Source: Guillardia theta CCMP2712 (taxonomy: Eukaryota; Protista; Cryptophyta). From it: a stretch of 64,000 nt of DNA. The first letter of the stretch is position 1, and each line of letters starts with the position of its first letter. A program made the translations under genes and the position numbers. Positions 16,322 to 28,642 of the stretch are shown one piece after another. The stretch lies in NCBI RefSeq assembly GCF_000315625.1, contig NW_005434665.1, forward strand, positions 741,220 to 805,219. Direction: 5' to 3'. The notes beneath the pieces are model-generated. The model was not told where the DNA came from, ran no database searches, and was given only the letters and a program-made list of their open reading frames with translations.

Positions 16322-19300
16322 ATGTTCCATCATCACATGGAGGACTCAGGACACAGCAGTGACGATGAGATAGTTTTCATGGAAGATCCTTTCAGAGAGA
16401 ACGAGACTCAGCAGGAAAGTCGGTTCTTTGACTCTACAAACATAGGCAGCAGCATCTTGAACTCGCACCATAACAGCAGAGATGAGGAGTTCTTCAGAAG
16501 CTTGCCGAGACAAGGCATGGAGGAAGGGCATCATGATGATGGGTTGTTTGAGGACAACTCATGGCAGAGGAAGTCTGCAAGTCTGTTTGAGAAAGCAGCG
16601 AATGGAGAAATCCAAGATCTCTTGGACGAGCTGCCGCCCCCAGACGAGTTTGACTCCTCCTACCTGTCCACTCACAACAGCGAGGAGCAGAACTTTTACC
16701 CACAGAGAGATCGTCTGGATCTTCCTTCCTCCTCTGCCTCGCATGGCAGTGGCATCGCTATCAGCGGTATGCATCCCGGGTGTCGATACGAGTGGACAAG
16801 AATGCACGGGGAGCAGAGCAGGGGGGAGCCGTTGATGGTAGCGCCGCCGTCTCTCGCTGAGCAACTGGACACAACAAGAGCACTCTTGAGAGCGAAGGAC
16901 AGAGAGCTGAACAAACAGTCAGACATGATCAGGAGTCTGGAGGATGAACTAGCAGTCTGCAGAGCGGCCATCGGCGAGCGAGAGCAAAGTTTGCTCGAGC
17001 TGAAGTCGTCGTACGATCATCAGATGCAGGAGAGGAGGAGGCTGGAGGAGAGGCTAGAGCACACGAATGTGACAGTGGAGCGGTTGAGAGAACAGTGTGG
17101 GAGCTTGCAGACGGAGCTCGACAAGTCCGACAAGACGATAGACGAGCTTCATGCCCGGATCCGAAGTTTGCAGACAGGGGACGCGGTGATGTCGGGGGAC
17201 ATGTACGAGCACCACCTGAGCGCGTACAAGGAGGAGATGGAGCACACCCGATCGCAGATGGAGGAGTGGAAGAAGCAGGCGAGGGAGCTGAGAAACATCA
17301 TCGACGAGCAGACTACACAGGAGATGCACCTGACAGGTTTGACAAGGGCGATGAGAGATGCGGCTTGTCAAGTCGAAGATGAGGATGCCGGCATCTTGAA
17401 GAAGGTGGATGGTCAGGATGGCAAGGAGGAGGAGGAGGAGGAGGAGGAGGAGGAGGATGTTGGGGTCAAGACTTCACTCATTGCGCAAGTTCGTGCGCTG
17501 GAGTGTGAGGTTCAGCAGTTGAGACATGAGTCGAAGATGAAGAAGAGCGGGGAAGTGGAGGAAGAGAGCAGGGAGAGAGCAGACAAGGAAGAAGGAAGCA
17601 GAAGGGATGGGAAGTCATGGATGAAAGAGGTGGGGGAGGAGCTGAAGAAGCTGGAGAAGTTGAACGTCGAGCTGGTGTCTGCGAACAAGGAGCTGATGAG
17701 CGCAAACAAGAAGCTGCTAGAGCAAAGCAGGAGAGAGAGAGAGAAGAGCAAAGGAAAGGCGGACTTGGCTGGTGAAGAGCAGCCCCAGCAGGCGAAGAGG
17801 CTGGAGAAGGAGAGGGAGGAAGGGGAGGAAGAGGTGAGGAGGAAGATTGCGGTGGCGCTGAAGGAGCAGGAGACCAGGCTGAAGGCTGACAAGGAGGACG
17901 AAATCAAGAGGCTCCGGACAGCATGGAACAAGCACACGCAGGAGTCCGTACGAGCAACGGAGGAGCGCTGCACGAGAGAGCACAAGGAGGAGTTGAGGAG
18001 GACGAGGGGGCAGAAGCTGGACCAGACGACGCAGTCCTGCCCCGAGCAAGTCCATCGGTCGTCGCAGACATTCGCGGAGACGTCGCTGCCTCCGATGAAG
18101 AGACTTGAAATGAAGGAGGAGGGACAGGGAGTGGGGCCAGGTGGGGGCCAGGCGTGCGAGAAGGCGCCAAGGGAGGGAGAAGTGGAGAGAAGGGAAGAGG
18201 AGGTGAAGGAGGTGAAGGAGGTGAAGGAGGTTAAGGAGGTGAAGGAGGTGAAGGAGGCGAAGGAGGTGAAGGAGCAGGCAGAGGAGGTCAAGGAGAGAGT
18301 CAAGATGGTGTTGGACTTGGATTGGGCAAGCATCGGCGATCTTCCTCTCTTCTCTCGAGAGCTACAGAAGGACGTGGCATGGGCCGTTGGGATCCGCGAG
18401 TCGCGCGTGAGGGTGGAGGAGGTGAAGGAAGGGAGCGTGCTGGCGATTCTCTCCTTCCTGCCAGCTGCTTCACCCGAGGAGAAGGAGGCGGAGGAAGTGA
18501 TCCACGAGCTCGAGGAGCAGCTGGCTGCTGACATCAGCAGCCTCAAGATTGGCATCCAAACAAGGCACCTGAAGAGGATTGAAAGGATCTCCTCCTCCTC
18601 TTCCTACTCTTCCTCCTCTTCCTCCTCTTCCTCCTCTTCCTCCTCTTCCTCCTCCTCTAAGTCGTGTGATCCATCACTTCGGCTGGGAGAGAGGAAAGAA
18701 GGAGGAGCGAGGGAGGCAGAGGAGATGGGAGAGACGAGGAAGACCAGGACGTCCATGGATGTTAACTGCCAGCATGAAACCGCAGAGGAGCAGGAGGGGC
18801 TGAAGGACGCAACACGCGGGGAGGAGGAAGCGAGGAGGAGGGAACTTGAGTCGGACAAGGATGCCGTGAGGAGGATGGCGATGATCAGGAGGATGGAGGA
18901 GATGGAGAGGCTGAGGGAGGAGATGGAGGAGGAGACGCGGCGGGCGATCGACGAGCTGAGAGGAAGGATGGCTGCGGAGATGCAGACACGGCTGGAGCAA
19001 GTGAGAGCTGAGACGAGGGGAGAGAAGGAGCAGGAGGAGGCAAGTGCGAGGGAGGAGGAAACCTCTGCTGAGAAGGAAGTGCAGCTAATGGATCAAACTT
19101 GCCAAACAGAAGAAGAGCAGGTCAATGAAATTTCGTGTACCAGCGCAGCATGTCAGACGGAGGAGGAGGAGGAGGAGGAGGTCAAGAGAATGGAGGACGC
19201 TGATGTGCAGTGCTCGATCGAAGTCGACCTGTTCATCGCCAACAATCGAGATGAGTACATGGAACGCCTGCGGGTGAGGAGGAGGAAGAGGAGGGGTGGA

Positions 19301-22300
19301 GGGGGGGGGGAGGGGGGGGGACGGGGGGGGAGGTGCGAGAGAGCTGAGAATTTTGACGGAGACGCAGGCATCGCTGGAGCAGAGTCTGGAGGAGGAGACT
19401 GAGAGGATGAGAAGGTCCATGGAGCAGAAGGTGGCGTATGAGCAGAGCAGGCAGGAGATGACGATGAAGCATGCGATGGAGGATGAGGAGAGAAGGTTGG
19501 AGGAGAGGTTGGAGGGGGAGAGGGCGCAGAGAGCCAAGGCTCTGCGGGCCGAGGAGGAGGAAAAGCTGAGGAGGGTGAGGGAGAAGCTGGTGGAGGAGAG
19601 GAGGACAGCATCGAAGCAGATCATCGAGGAGGCAGTGGAAGCGAGCAAGAAGATCCGAGAACAGACTGTGAGGATCTTGGAGGAAGAGTTCGGCAAGGAG
19701 ATCAAGTCAGCCCGCATCCTGCACGCGTGCCAAAGGAGGAAGGTGCTTGCGGAGATGGAGGAGGAGCATGCGGCAGAGATGGAGGAGGAGGTTGAGGAGG
19801 CGAGGAGGGAGCACGAGAGGATGAAGAAGGAGAGGATGAGGGAGATCGTTCATGCTCATGAGGTCGAAGTGCAGAGGATGGAGGAGGAGCTGGAAGAGGT
19901 CATGCAGAAGAGGATCGAGGATGTGAAGGCGACGAGTGAGAGGAGGCAGGAAGAGGAGAGGAGGAGGGTGGAGCAGCGGGTGAAGGAGCTCATAGACCGG
20001 CTGAGGAAGGAAGCTGAGGAGGAGGAGGAGAAGCTGCAGATGCGCTTCGAGGAGGAGCGGGAGCGGGCAAGGAGGAGGCACCATGTTGATGTGGAGGAGA
20101 CGATCCGGGAACTGGAGGAGGTGAAGGAGGAGCTGATGGAGACGGTGAGGAGGAGGGTTAAGGAGAGCTGCGTGCTGGACGGGGTACAGCTAGAGGAAGA
20201 ATCCCTGCTGCTCGTAAGGCAGCAGCTGCAGGAGTGGAAGGAGGAGACGAGGAGGCAGACGTCGCAGGTGCTGGACGAGTTGTTCCGCAAGAACACGGAG
20301 GAGGAGGTGGAAGAGCTGGGGGCGCTGAGGACGCAGCTGTCGCAGGAGAACGAGGCTGTTGTGAGTGCCTTGCTGGAGAGCTTGTGCAGGTGGGAGGAGG
20401 AGGAGAGTTTGCGGCTCGGCCGGCAGCTGGAGGAAGAAAGGAGGAAGGCGATGGAGGACGAGGAGAAGACGCACCAAGAGAGGATGGCCAGGGCAATGAA
20501 GGATGTAAGGGCGGAGATTGAGGAGGCGCAGGAGCGGAGGAGGAGGGAGCTCGTGCAGGAGGAGGAGGAGAGGGCAGAGAAGGAGCTTCAGAGCATGCGC
20601 GGGAGGCACGAGGAGGAGCTGAAGGAGCGGCTGGGGGAGATGGAAGCAGAGTTTGAGAGGAGCCTGCAGGAGGCACTGACCAGGAGGGTGCGGGAGCTGC
20701 GCGGAGCTCATGAGGAGAGGATGGCGGAGGTGAAGAGGCGGCTGGAGGAGGAGCGAGCGAGGAAGCTGGAGGAGGAGGAGGAGGAGTCGAGGAGAAAGGC
20801 CAAGGAGGAGACAGACAAGCTCAGGTCGCAGCTGGAGCAGGAGACGGAGAGGAGGAAGAAGTCGACTCAGGTGGAATGTGACGATCTGTACGACAAGAAG
20901 ATATGGGAGCTGGAGCTGCGTGCGGAGGAGGAGCTGGAGGAGAGCGTGAAGGAGCACAGGAGGAAGGAGGAGGCAAAACTGGAGCAGGAGCTGCGGGCTC
21001 TGGAGGAGGAGCTAATGAAGGAGCGGGAGCGAGAGCTGGGCTCCATGAGGAGGAGGGCAGAGCAGAGGCTGATGAGGCTGAAGCAGGAGATGGAGGAGGA
21101 GTACGCAGGGGAGAGGCGCGAGGCGATGCGCAAGGTCAGCAGGGAGGTGGAGGAGGAGAAGAACTCGCTGCTGTCGAGGAGGATGCGAGAGATCGAGAAC
21201 GGGACGCAGGAGCTGCTGCAGGAGCTGCAGGCAACGAAGGAGGAGGAGCAACGTGCGACCCTGAAGGAGCTGGAGGAGAAGCTGAGGGGGGAGCTGGAGG
21301 CGAGCACGAGAAAGAAGCACGAGGAGCTGAAGGAGGAGGCACATACGGCGATCGCTCGGGTGCAGAAGGAGCTGCTGGAGAGGAGGGAGCAAGTGCTGCG
21401 GGAGGTGGAGAGAGAGTGCGAGGAGGAGCTGAAGCGGGAGAGCAGCAGGATGCACGACGTGTTCCTGACCTCGAAGCGCGAGAGGATCGACGCGCTGGTG
21501 CAGGAGCAGAGGGTCGAGGAGGAGAGGGAGCAGCAGGAGCAGGTCCTGCGGGGTGAGCTGGAGTTGTCGAGGGAGGTGAACGCGCTCAAGGAGGAGTGCA
21601 AGGCAGACGTGGAGAGGATGAAGTCGCTGATGCGCGAAAGGTTCTCCGACGAGCTCAGGAGGATCTGTACCAAGGCGAGGATACGGAACTTTGCCAAGTC
21701 GTGCGAGCAGAAGAGCGCCAAGGGCTGTGCCGTCGAGCAGAAGGGAGAGAGCATGGCGAACAGGTTGCGGCAGGAGTGGAAGGAGCAGTTGCGGGAGCTG
21801 ATGGAGGGCTGGGAGGAGGAGGAGGGGATGTTTGCCTCCCTCCTCAGCCAGCTGGAGGCTGTGGAACAGACGCTGAGCACGATGAGGGCTGTGTGCGGGG
21901 GGAGAAGCTTCAAGCCAGCCGAGGCGACGTACAGCTCCCTGTGGACGAAAGTGGTGAGGGAGAGCCGAGCATTGCTCTCCTCCTCCTCCTCCTCCTCCTC
22001 CTCCTTCCCCGAAGAGGATCGGACTGCGGGACTAGAGCGCAGCATGCAAGAGCTTCTCTCGCTCTTTCTCCCTGCGCCCTCGCCCTCGCCCTCGGACGCA
22101 GACCTCAGCATGTCCTCGACGGTTCCTGCCACAACACCGGCTGCAACGCCCTCCAAGTCGACGCCGGGCAAGGCGCGCAGGTTCCACATCAGCCCTGCCC
22201 CCTCCAGCGTGAGCGCCTGCAGCATGACTCCTGTCCTCGCGTCTCCTGGCTCATGGGGAGAGAGCGCAACGTCGCCTGATCGCATCCTCCTGGACATGTC

Positions 22301-22709
22301 GCTGGAGCCTGGGGACTGGCAGGAGCTGGAGAAGACGCAGCGACGCTACGAGGACGCGGCCAAGACCCTGAGCAAGCGGCTGACTGACGTGCTCTTGCTC
22401 GTCCGTGAGAAGTCTTCGTCGCCTGCCAAGTCGCACGATCGGTACGAGGAAGAGAAGAAGGGAAGGCACAGAGTGTCTCGAGCTCTGTTTGCAGAGGGGA
22501 AGGAGGGGGCAAGCGAGAAGGAGAAGGAGAAGCAGAAGGAGAAGGAGGAGAAGGAGAAGGAGAAGGAGAAGGAGAAGGAGAAGGAGAAGGAGAAGGAGAA
22601 GGAGAAGGAGGGAGAAGGGGAGGAGGAAGATTTGTTTTTCACGAAGCTAATGCGCTCTAGTGCTCGGAAGAGTTTATCGAGGATGCTCATGACATCCAAG
22701 CAAAGATAA
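16322..22709 (+). CDS. Very long E/R/K-rich coiled-coil protein (2,097 aa), possibly centrosomal (weak CEP152-like resemblance); intron 19274-19367
   Basis: Two large ORFs are joined in frame by a G-rich 94-nt GT-AG intron. Acidic N-terminus, a QLDTTRALLRAKDREL segment, and extensive heptads. Confidence 0.8.
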
Positions 22710-23360
22710 GGGAGACAGAAGTTGATTGTTGTAACCTTGCTCAATGAAGTTATGTTTGATTCAATCACATCCCAACGCTACAGTAATGTCTTTGTTACAA
22801 CAACATTCCTCTCAACCTTCCAGAAACATCTTTGCGCTCTCACGTCGTTGGACTCGCCTTGTTTCAAAGAAATATCGATCTTTCTGCATCCTAGGTATTG
22901 GAAAGTACAGAACTGACAGTCACGTCCGGTCGATATGGACCCTCTCAACATACCTCTCGATCCAGGTAGATCCGATAGAGCTCTCTCACTCAGTCACTCT
23001 CTCCCTCGATGCCTGAGCTCTAGGTCTTGATAGAGAGCTTTGATCCAACCAAGACGCATGAGGAGTCTTTTGACAGGAGATATGACCTCACTCTCCGTCA
23101 ATTCACTTCCATTCGTCACTCCGCCCTGCTCCGGGAAGGATTTCCGACGGTAACTCGATGAGAGAAGCTTGAGTGATGGTGATGGTTTGGGGTAGGTGTT
23201 TCTATACGAGTGGGTCTACATCACGTTGTGGATTTGTACGCTCAGCAAAGAAATGAATCGATTGCAGGCAGAGGGATAAGAACAGAACTTCATGTAGATT
23301 CATGTGTATATACATTCTTTCTGTAACCTCAAATTCGCTGCTAATGTAGGTCTTCGACTG

Positions 23361-23460
23361 NNNNNNNNNNNNNNNNNNNNNNNNNNNNNNNNNNNNNNNN
23401 NNNNNNNNNNNNNNNNNNNNNNNNNNNNNNNNNNNNNNNNNNNNNNNNNNNNNNNNNNNN
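23361..23460. other. Assembly gap (100 N)
   Basis: Run of N. Confidence 1.
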
Positions 23461-23521
23461 TAACCAAGCAGCCAGCACCAGCACCAGCACCAGCACCAGC
23501 GATTTTCATCCTGCTACCTCC

Positions 23522-24570
23522 TCAAGAGGCTGCCAAGCTTTGCGTGAGACTTGACAACAGGCAGACGAGCACCAGCAGGACAGCAGCTGGACCCCTGCTG
23601 GTATATGCGGATGCCGCCAGCGATGCTGCAGGGCTCCCTTGAGTCGACGGTTTCGGGCTAGGAGGCGGGCTAGGAGGCGCTGGGGGAGCTGTGAGCAAGG
23701 AGGAGAGGCCGTTGGCTGCCACGTCTTCCGTGAGCTTCTCCATGGTGAGGGGCGATGCGCTGTAAGCGCTGTCGTAGGTGACCTCCGTTGTCACGCTCAG
23801 CCCGCTGCCGAGCAGACGCCGTCCTGTCCCTGACGACTTTCCCAACACTTTCACGAGCCTGACGCTCGTCCTGACTACCATGGCAGCGTCAGCGACGGCT
23901 TGAAGAAACTTCTCCTCGACGGCGTTGAAGTCTTGGAGCGACAAGTACACGGTGAAAGCTTGATCCACTGCCTGGCTTTGACAAGGTTGCAGACCGGCAT
24001 TGTATTGCAAGGAGGGATACCAGGAGGTATGGTAGCACGAGAGCGGGTTTGAAGTCAGATCTATGACCGTTGTGTTTCGCTGGTTGACGAACGCGATGGC
24101 TGGAAGGTACTTGAATTCGTTGTCTCGCAGGTCAAGAGTCTCCAGGTTCACCAGGTTCTTGAAGAGCCGCCGGGGGAGACTTCCCAAGTTGCTATTCATG
24201 TAGATTGAAAGGTGATAACTTGTCAAAGATCCCAGCTGGCAGGCTTGCTAGTTGGCACATAGCTATGCTCAGATCGTAGATAGCCAGTGAGCGTTTGAAA
24301 GACATCAGCCTTGATGCTCGAACCATCAAACCCTTCCAATGATAGAGCGTTCAAGCTCAAGGTTGTAGTATAGTTGCAGAACTGCTGTTTCCTTGAAAGT
24401 TCCCGATGGGAATCTAGGAAGAAGTTCGGTATCAACACTCTCAATCATCCCCTGACAAGTATTGCTGCTGTCGATCACATTTCGGCGTTGAAGTTCCAAA
24501 TAATCCAACTAACCGATGTTGACTATATCTTCCGGGGCACTTGTCAGCTTGTTGCCGGAGAGTCTCACCC
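23522..24570 (-). CDS. Leucine-rich-repeat cell-surface protein with SEA-like domain, Pro-rich stalk and hydrophobic (GPI-type) C-terminus; 5' end unresolved
   Basis: LRRs LSGNKLTSAP, LGSLPRRLFKNLVNLETLDLRDNEF and IDLTSNPLSC. Also RRLL, APPAPPSPPPSP and terminal AAVLLVLVCLLSSL. Confidence 0.65.
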
Positions 24571-25408
24571 TTGGCAGGGGGGGGCGGGGAGGGGAGTCAT
24601 CATGGTGGGTGTGGCGTGACTCCCGGGACCATCAGCTGGCCGAGCCTCGGAGCCTTCGAAGTTCCGAGCGTCAGGCCCGAGTCCGAGTACTACTGACAAT
24701 GCAGAGGACTGTCGCGCGGCACAGGCAGAGTCATAGTTTTACGGTACCCTGTCAAACCAATGGAGTTAGAGGGGTACTCAATTGCAAAATACCACCCCCC
24801 TACCCTTCACCCTCCACCCTCTCCAGCAATCCTTGCCGGACCATTTCTGCCCTCTTGTACCAGGTAATACCCCACCCCTTGCAATGAAACTTTTAGTACC
24901 ACCTGAAATTCCGGGAATGGGCCCTACCCACCCACTGGGGTCATGACCGGCATTTAGACTATAGGTAGGAGGGGTAAAATGCCACCAGCATACCCTTGCC
25001 TTTCTCACATAGACCCCTCTTTGTTTCCCACTAGCCTCCATGCGACTACCCACCCCCTTCAATTCCCATGTCAGACAATGATCCCGAAATAAGGTTGCGA
25101 TAAATTCATGGGGTGATTATTACTCATGGGTGGGTGGTACATGGTGGTTTCAGAGGTATGGGGGTGGGTACGACTCAATACTTGGTGAATACCCCTACCT
25201 TATGTTGATCTTGAGGGGGTGGGGGGATTGGTCCAAAAAGTGATTACTGGTGAGACATAGGGGTGCTGGATATTTAGGGGGTGATACGAGGTCCTGAAGG
25301 GGTGGGGGTACTCGTTAGCGGAGGATGCGGAATGAGTTCGGCATTCAACGTGTCTGAGGGTCATGGCGGCTGAGTGCGGGATGGGAGGAGAAGCAGAAGT
25401 AGACATAG

Positions 25409-26325
25409 CATGTCAATGGTCGCAACATTTGTCACAGCTCGTCTCGTGCTTTGTTTCCTTCACTTTGTTTTGAACTGTGCGACTATGCTGCAGTTTCCAG
25501 AGCGAAATCTGCACCTAGCAATGTGAAGAGTGATCGCATGCCTCGAACGATCACATAACGAAAAATCTCCCATGTTATGCACTTCTGTGTAAGATGTGTT
25601 TTGAAACTTGACATTCGATCATTTCTATGGTAAGACCAGTCATATTTGATGCTGACATTGAGGGGTGACGCTTGAGCTCCACCCCCATGGCACGCGAGCT
25701 CACGCAGCAGGATGATCGAACAATTGGGCCATATGGTGTGAGCATAGAGCATCGATGTTTTCAAAAGCGATCTGTGCGACTGCTTTCAACTCCCTAAACA
25801 TCTTAGTTACATTTCAGACTACATGCGCTTTGAAACGGATTTAGCTAATAATACACTGTACTGACGTTTGACGTGGAAAAGGTAGAACGAATCTCCACCG
25901 TAGAAGTTTTTCTCTTGGAGAGCGGCAGCTCACATTGTTTCCGAATGATGTTTGAGTTGCTGGCTCGCATGGCATCACCCGCCGACATGTAATCGCATTT
26001 CGAAAATGTTGCGTGACTCTCACCAGCTGCTGCCTCCAGTGAAACGGATTCTGCGAGAACCATGTCCTTGGACGAGCTTCTGGGTAATGGAGGTAAGTGC
26101 ATATCATTAGCTTCGTCAAAGACTCTTGTTGATGTTCATATCTCAACAGACTCCACCTCCTTCTACAAACACATGGGTGCGAGGGTTGTGGGGTCGTTGT
26201 ATGGTCACCATGTTTATGAATTCGTGCCCAAGTCTCGAGCATGGTACATTCACCCACAAGGTGAGGAGGCGAGTAGATTCATTGAGGAACTGATTAGCAT
26301 GCAACAGAATGGACGCTCACCATGA
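25409..26325 (+). CDS. Possible hypothetical multi-exon gene
   Basis: Short open frames separated by intron-like segments, ending in the 87-aa ORF 26062-26325. No motif recognised. Confidence 0.3.
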
Positions 26326-26773
26326 AGACCCGACACGGATCTTCACCTTGAAACGGCCTAGAACCGTCACGCTGAAGGCTTGATAGCTGCCCCAGGCCAT
26401 AGCGCAATTTTACTTGGATTCAGACCGAACATAGAGGCATGGCATGTGCCTAATCATACCTAAAACCAACTTTGAAGTGCCTCACTGCCGTGTCACGGTG
26501 TCATAGTGTTTCTTTACGCTACCGTTGCCCTGGCTTGCCAGTGACGGAGGCTTCCGAGTCATTCGCAGACTGGGTCAAAGAGTCACAGAGTCACTTCCAG
26601 TGTCACCAACCCAGTAGGTCTTCTTCACCGTAACGGTGGCCTTGCCGGGAGTACCGTCCGGTCACTGAGCACGCCACCGGGCGGCCCGGCCGGTGTAAAC
26701 CCGGCATGTCCTGCAATTGTCCTGCGTTTTTACTAGATTCTGGATTCTTCTGCAACCCAGTTACCCCTGCACC

Positions 26774-28170
26774 ATGGCAACGTTGAGCGCGAGGGGGGTG
26801 GCGGCGAAGAAGCCAGGGAGGGACGACCTTGAGCAGTTCATGCGAGGGCTGTCCGATCCTTTCCACCCCTCTACGAACCCTGCCGGCTACCTGGTTCTTC
26901 TCGTGGCAGAGAACAAGTTGAGTTGGCCCCTCCTCAAGGCAAAGATGGAGAAAGTAGGAGAGATTCCTGACTGGGTGTCCGGGTATGGCGACCTCAGGGG
27001 AGAGGACAACTTCAGGACACAGGTTGCCAAGATGATGGAGAAGAGCTTCATCGGTGCGCCGGTAGATAAGGAGTGCATCGTCGCGCAGGTATCCCGACCT
27101 TGACGTTGGCTCGGCAGGACTGACGATGTTTGGCAGGCTGGAGCAGGATCGCTGATCGACACGCTCTGTTGGTGTGTGGCGGAGGAAGGAGACGTCTGCA
27201 TCATACCGGCCCCCATGTACTCTGCGTTTCAGAACGATCTGTATGCCAGGGCAAGGATCAGAATGAAAGTAGCCCACACGAAACACCCGGAGTACAAGAT
27301 CACGAGGGAGGTTCTGGAGGAATCGTATCAGAGCAGCATGAAGGAGGGAGGGACTCCCAAGATCCTCCTCATCTGCAATCCTTGCAATCCCACTGGGTTG
27401 ATCTATGATGAGGAGACGCTCGAGATGTGCGTGCGGTGGTGTGCAGAGAAGAACATGCACTTTATCAGCGACGAGATCTACGGCAACTCGATCTTCCCCG
27501 ATGTCAAGTTTACCTCGGTCGCCAAGGTGTGCAGGAGATTGAATGCAGGACCGTCAAAGGGGAGTGATGAATCAAACTACCTTGGCAACCAAGTTCACAT
27601 CGTCTCCGGCTTCTCGAAGGACTTTGGGATATCAGGGATGCGAGTGGGTAAGGAGTGACTTTTGTGGGTGCTGAGAGACTGATCGGGTACGAAGGTACTC
27701 TGTTTTCACACAACCGTGATCTCCTGTCCGCTGCCAACAACCTCACCTACTTCCAAGCTGTGTCCAACCACACTCAGTGGATCTTGTCGCAGTGCCTGGC
27801 AGACGAGCAGTTCTTGCAGAACTACATCTCAGACGTACAAAGGAGGCTCTACGTCTGCTACAAGGGGCTGGAGGAAGCGCTTGCCGCCATCGATGTTCCT
27901 CTCACACCAGCTCAGGGGACGCTGATGGCATGGGCTGACTTCCGGAAGTATCTTCCCGAGCTCACGTGGGAGGGGGAGAAGCAGCTGTGGTTGGAGCTGT
28001 TCGACAAGGCCAAGATTTTGTTCACCACTGGTAAGTCCTGCCAGAGTGAAGTCCCGGGCTTCTTCCGCATATGCTACGCATGGCCAAAGGCAACGGACGA
28101 GGATCCTGCGATTGCGATGAAAGAGCTCAAGTCGCGTTTGATCAAGCACTTTGCTGGAGCCAAGAAATGA
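26774..28170 (+). CDS. ACC-synthase-like PLP-dependent class I aminotransferase, 3 exons
   Basis: DPFHPSTNPAGYLVLLVAENKL, ICNPCNPTG, HFISDEIYG, the PLP-lysine motif SGFSKDFGISGMRVG, and PGFFRICYA. Confidence 0.9.
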
Positions 28171-28209
28171 GCAAAGAAATGAGATTGTGATGTAGATCGG
28201 GTAAAGTCG

Positions 28210-28592
28210 ATGAGAATCCAAGCAAGCAGGCTTCTCTTGGGTCTCACTCACCCAACAAACGCACGATGTCTCCAGCAGAAGACATTTGAACTACAAGCTG
28301 GAAGCTGCGACAGGATCAGCAACCTCTGGCAGGCTCACCTGCTCCAGTACCTGCTCTCTGATGTCTGGTGGTTTCTATCCGGCAGAGGCTCTTCCTCGTC
28401 GTCAACCTCCTCCTCCTCCTCCTTCCCCGCAGCGTTGACTAGCGCCCTGCGCATCCCAACAATCGGGTGTGGCATGCGAAGTCCATTGACGGCAAACAGG
28501 AGGCTCCCTTCCTCGCTCTTGAGGTCCACAAAAACCTTCGTGCTACTGAGCGCAAGGAGGAGGAGGGGGAGGAGGAGGGGTTGGGAGGAAGA

Positions 28593-28642
<50 letters not shown>

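Noticed and set aside
19274-19367. Apparent frameshift at G-runs in the coiled-coil gene
   Set aside because: A 94-nt GT-AG intron restores the frame.
17512-22297. Long antisense Ser/Leu-rich ORFs
   Set aside because: They are shadows of the GAG/AGG-rich coding strand.
22720-23360. Possible gene fragment next to the gap
   Set aside because: Only short frames, with no recognisable product, and the region is cut by Ns.
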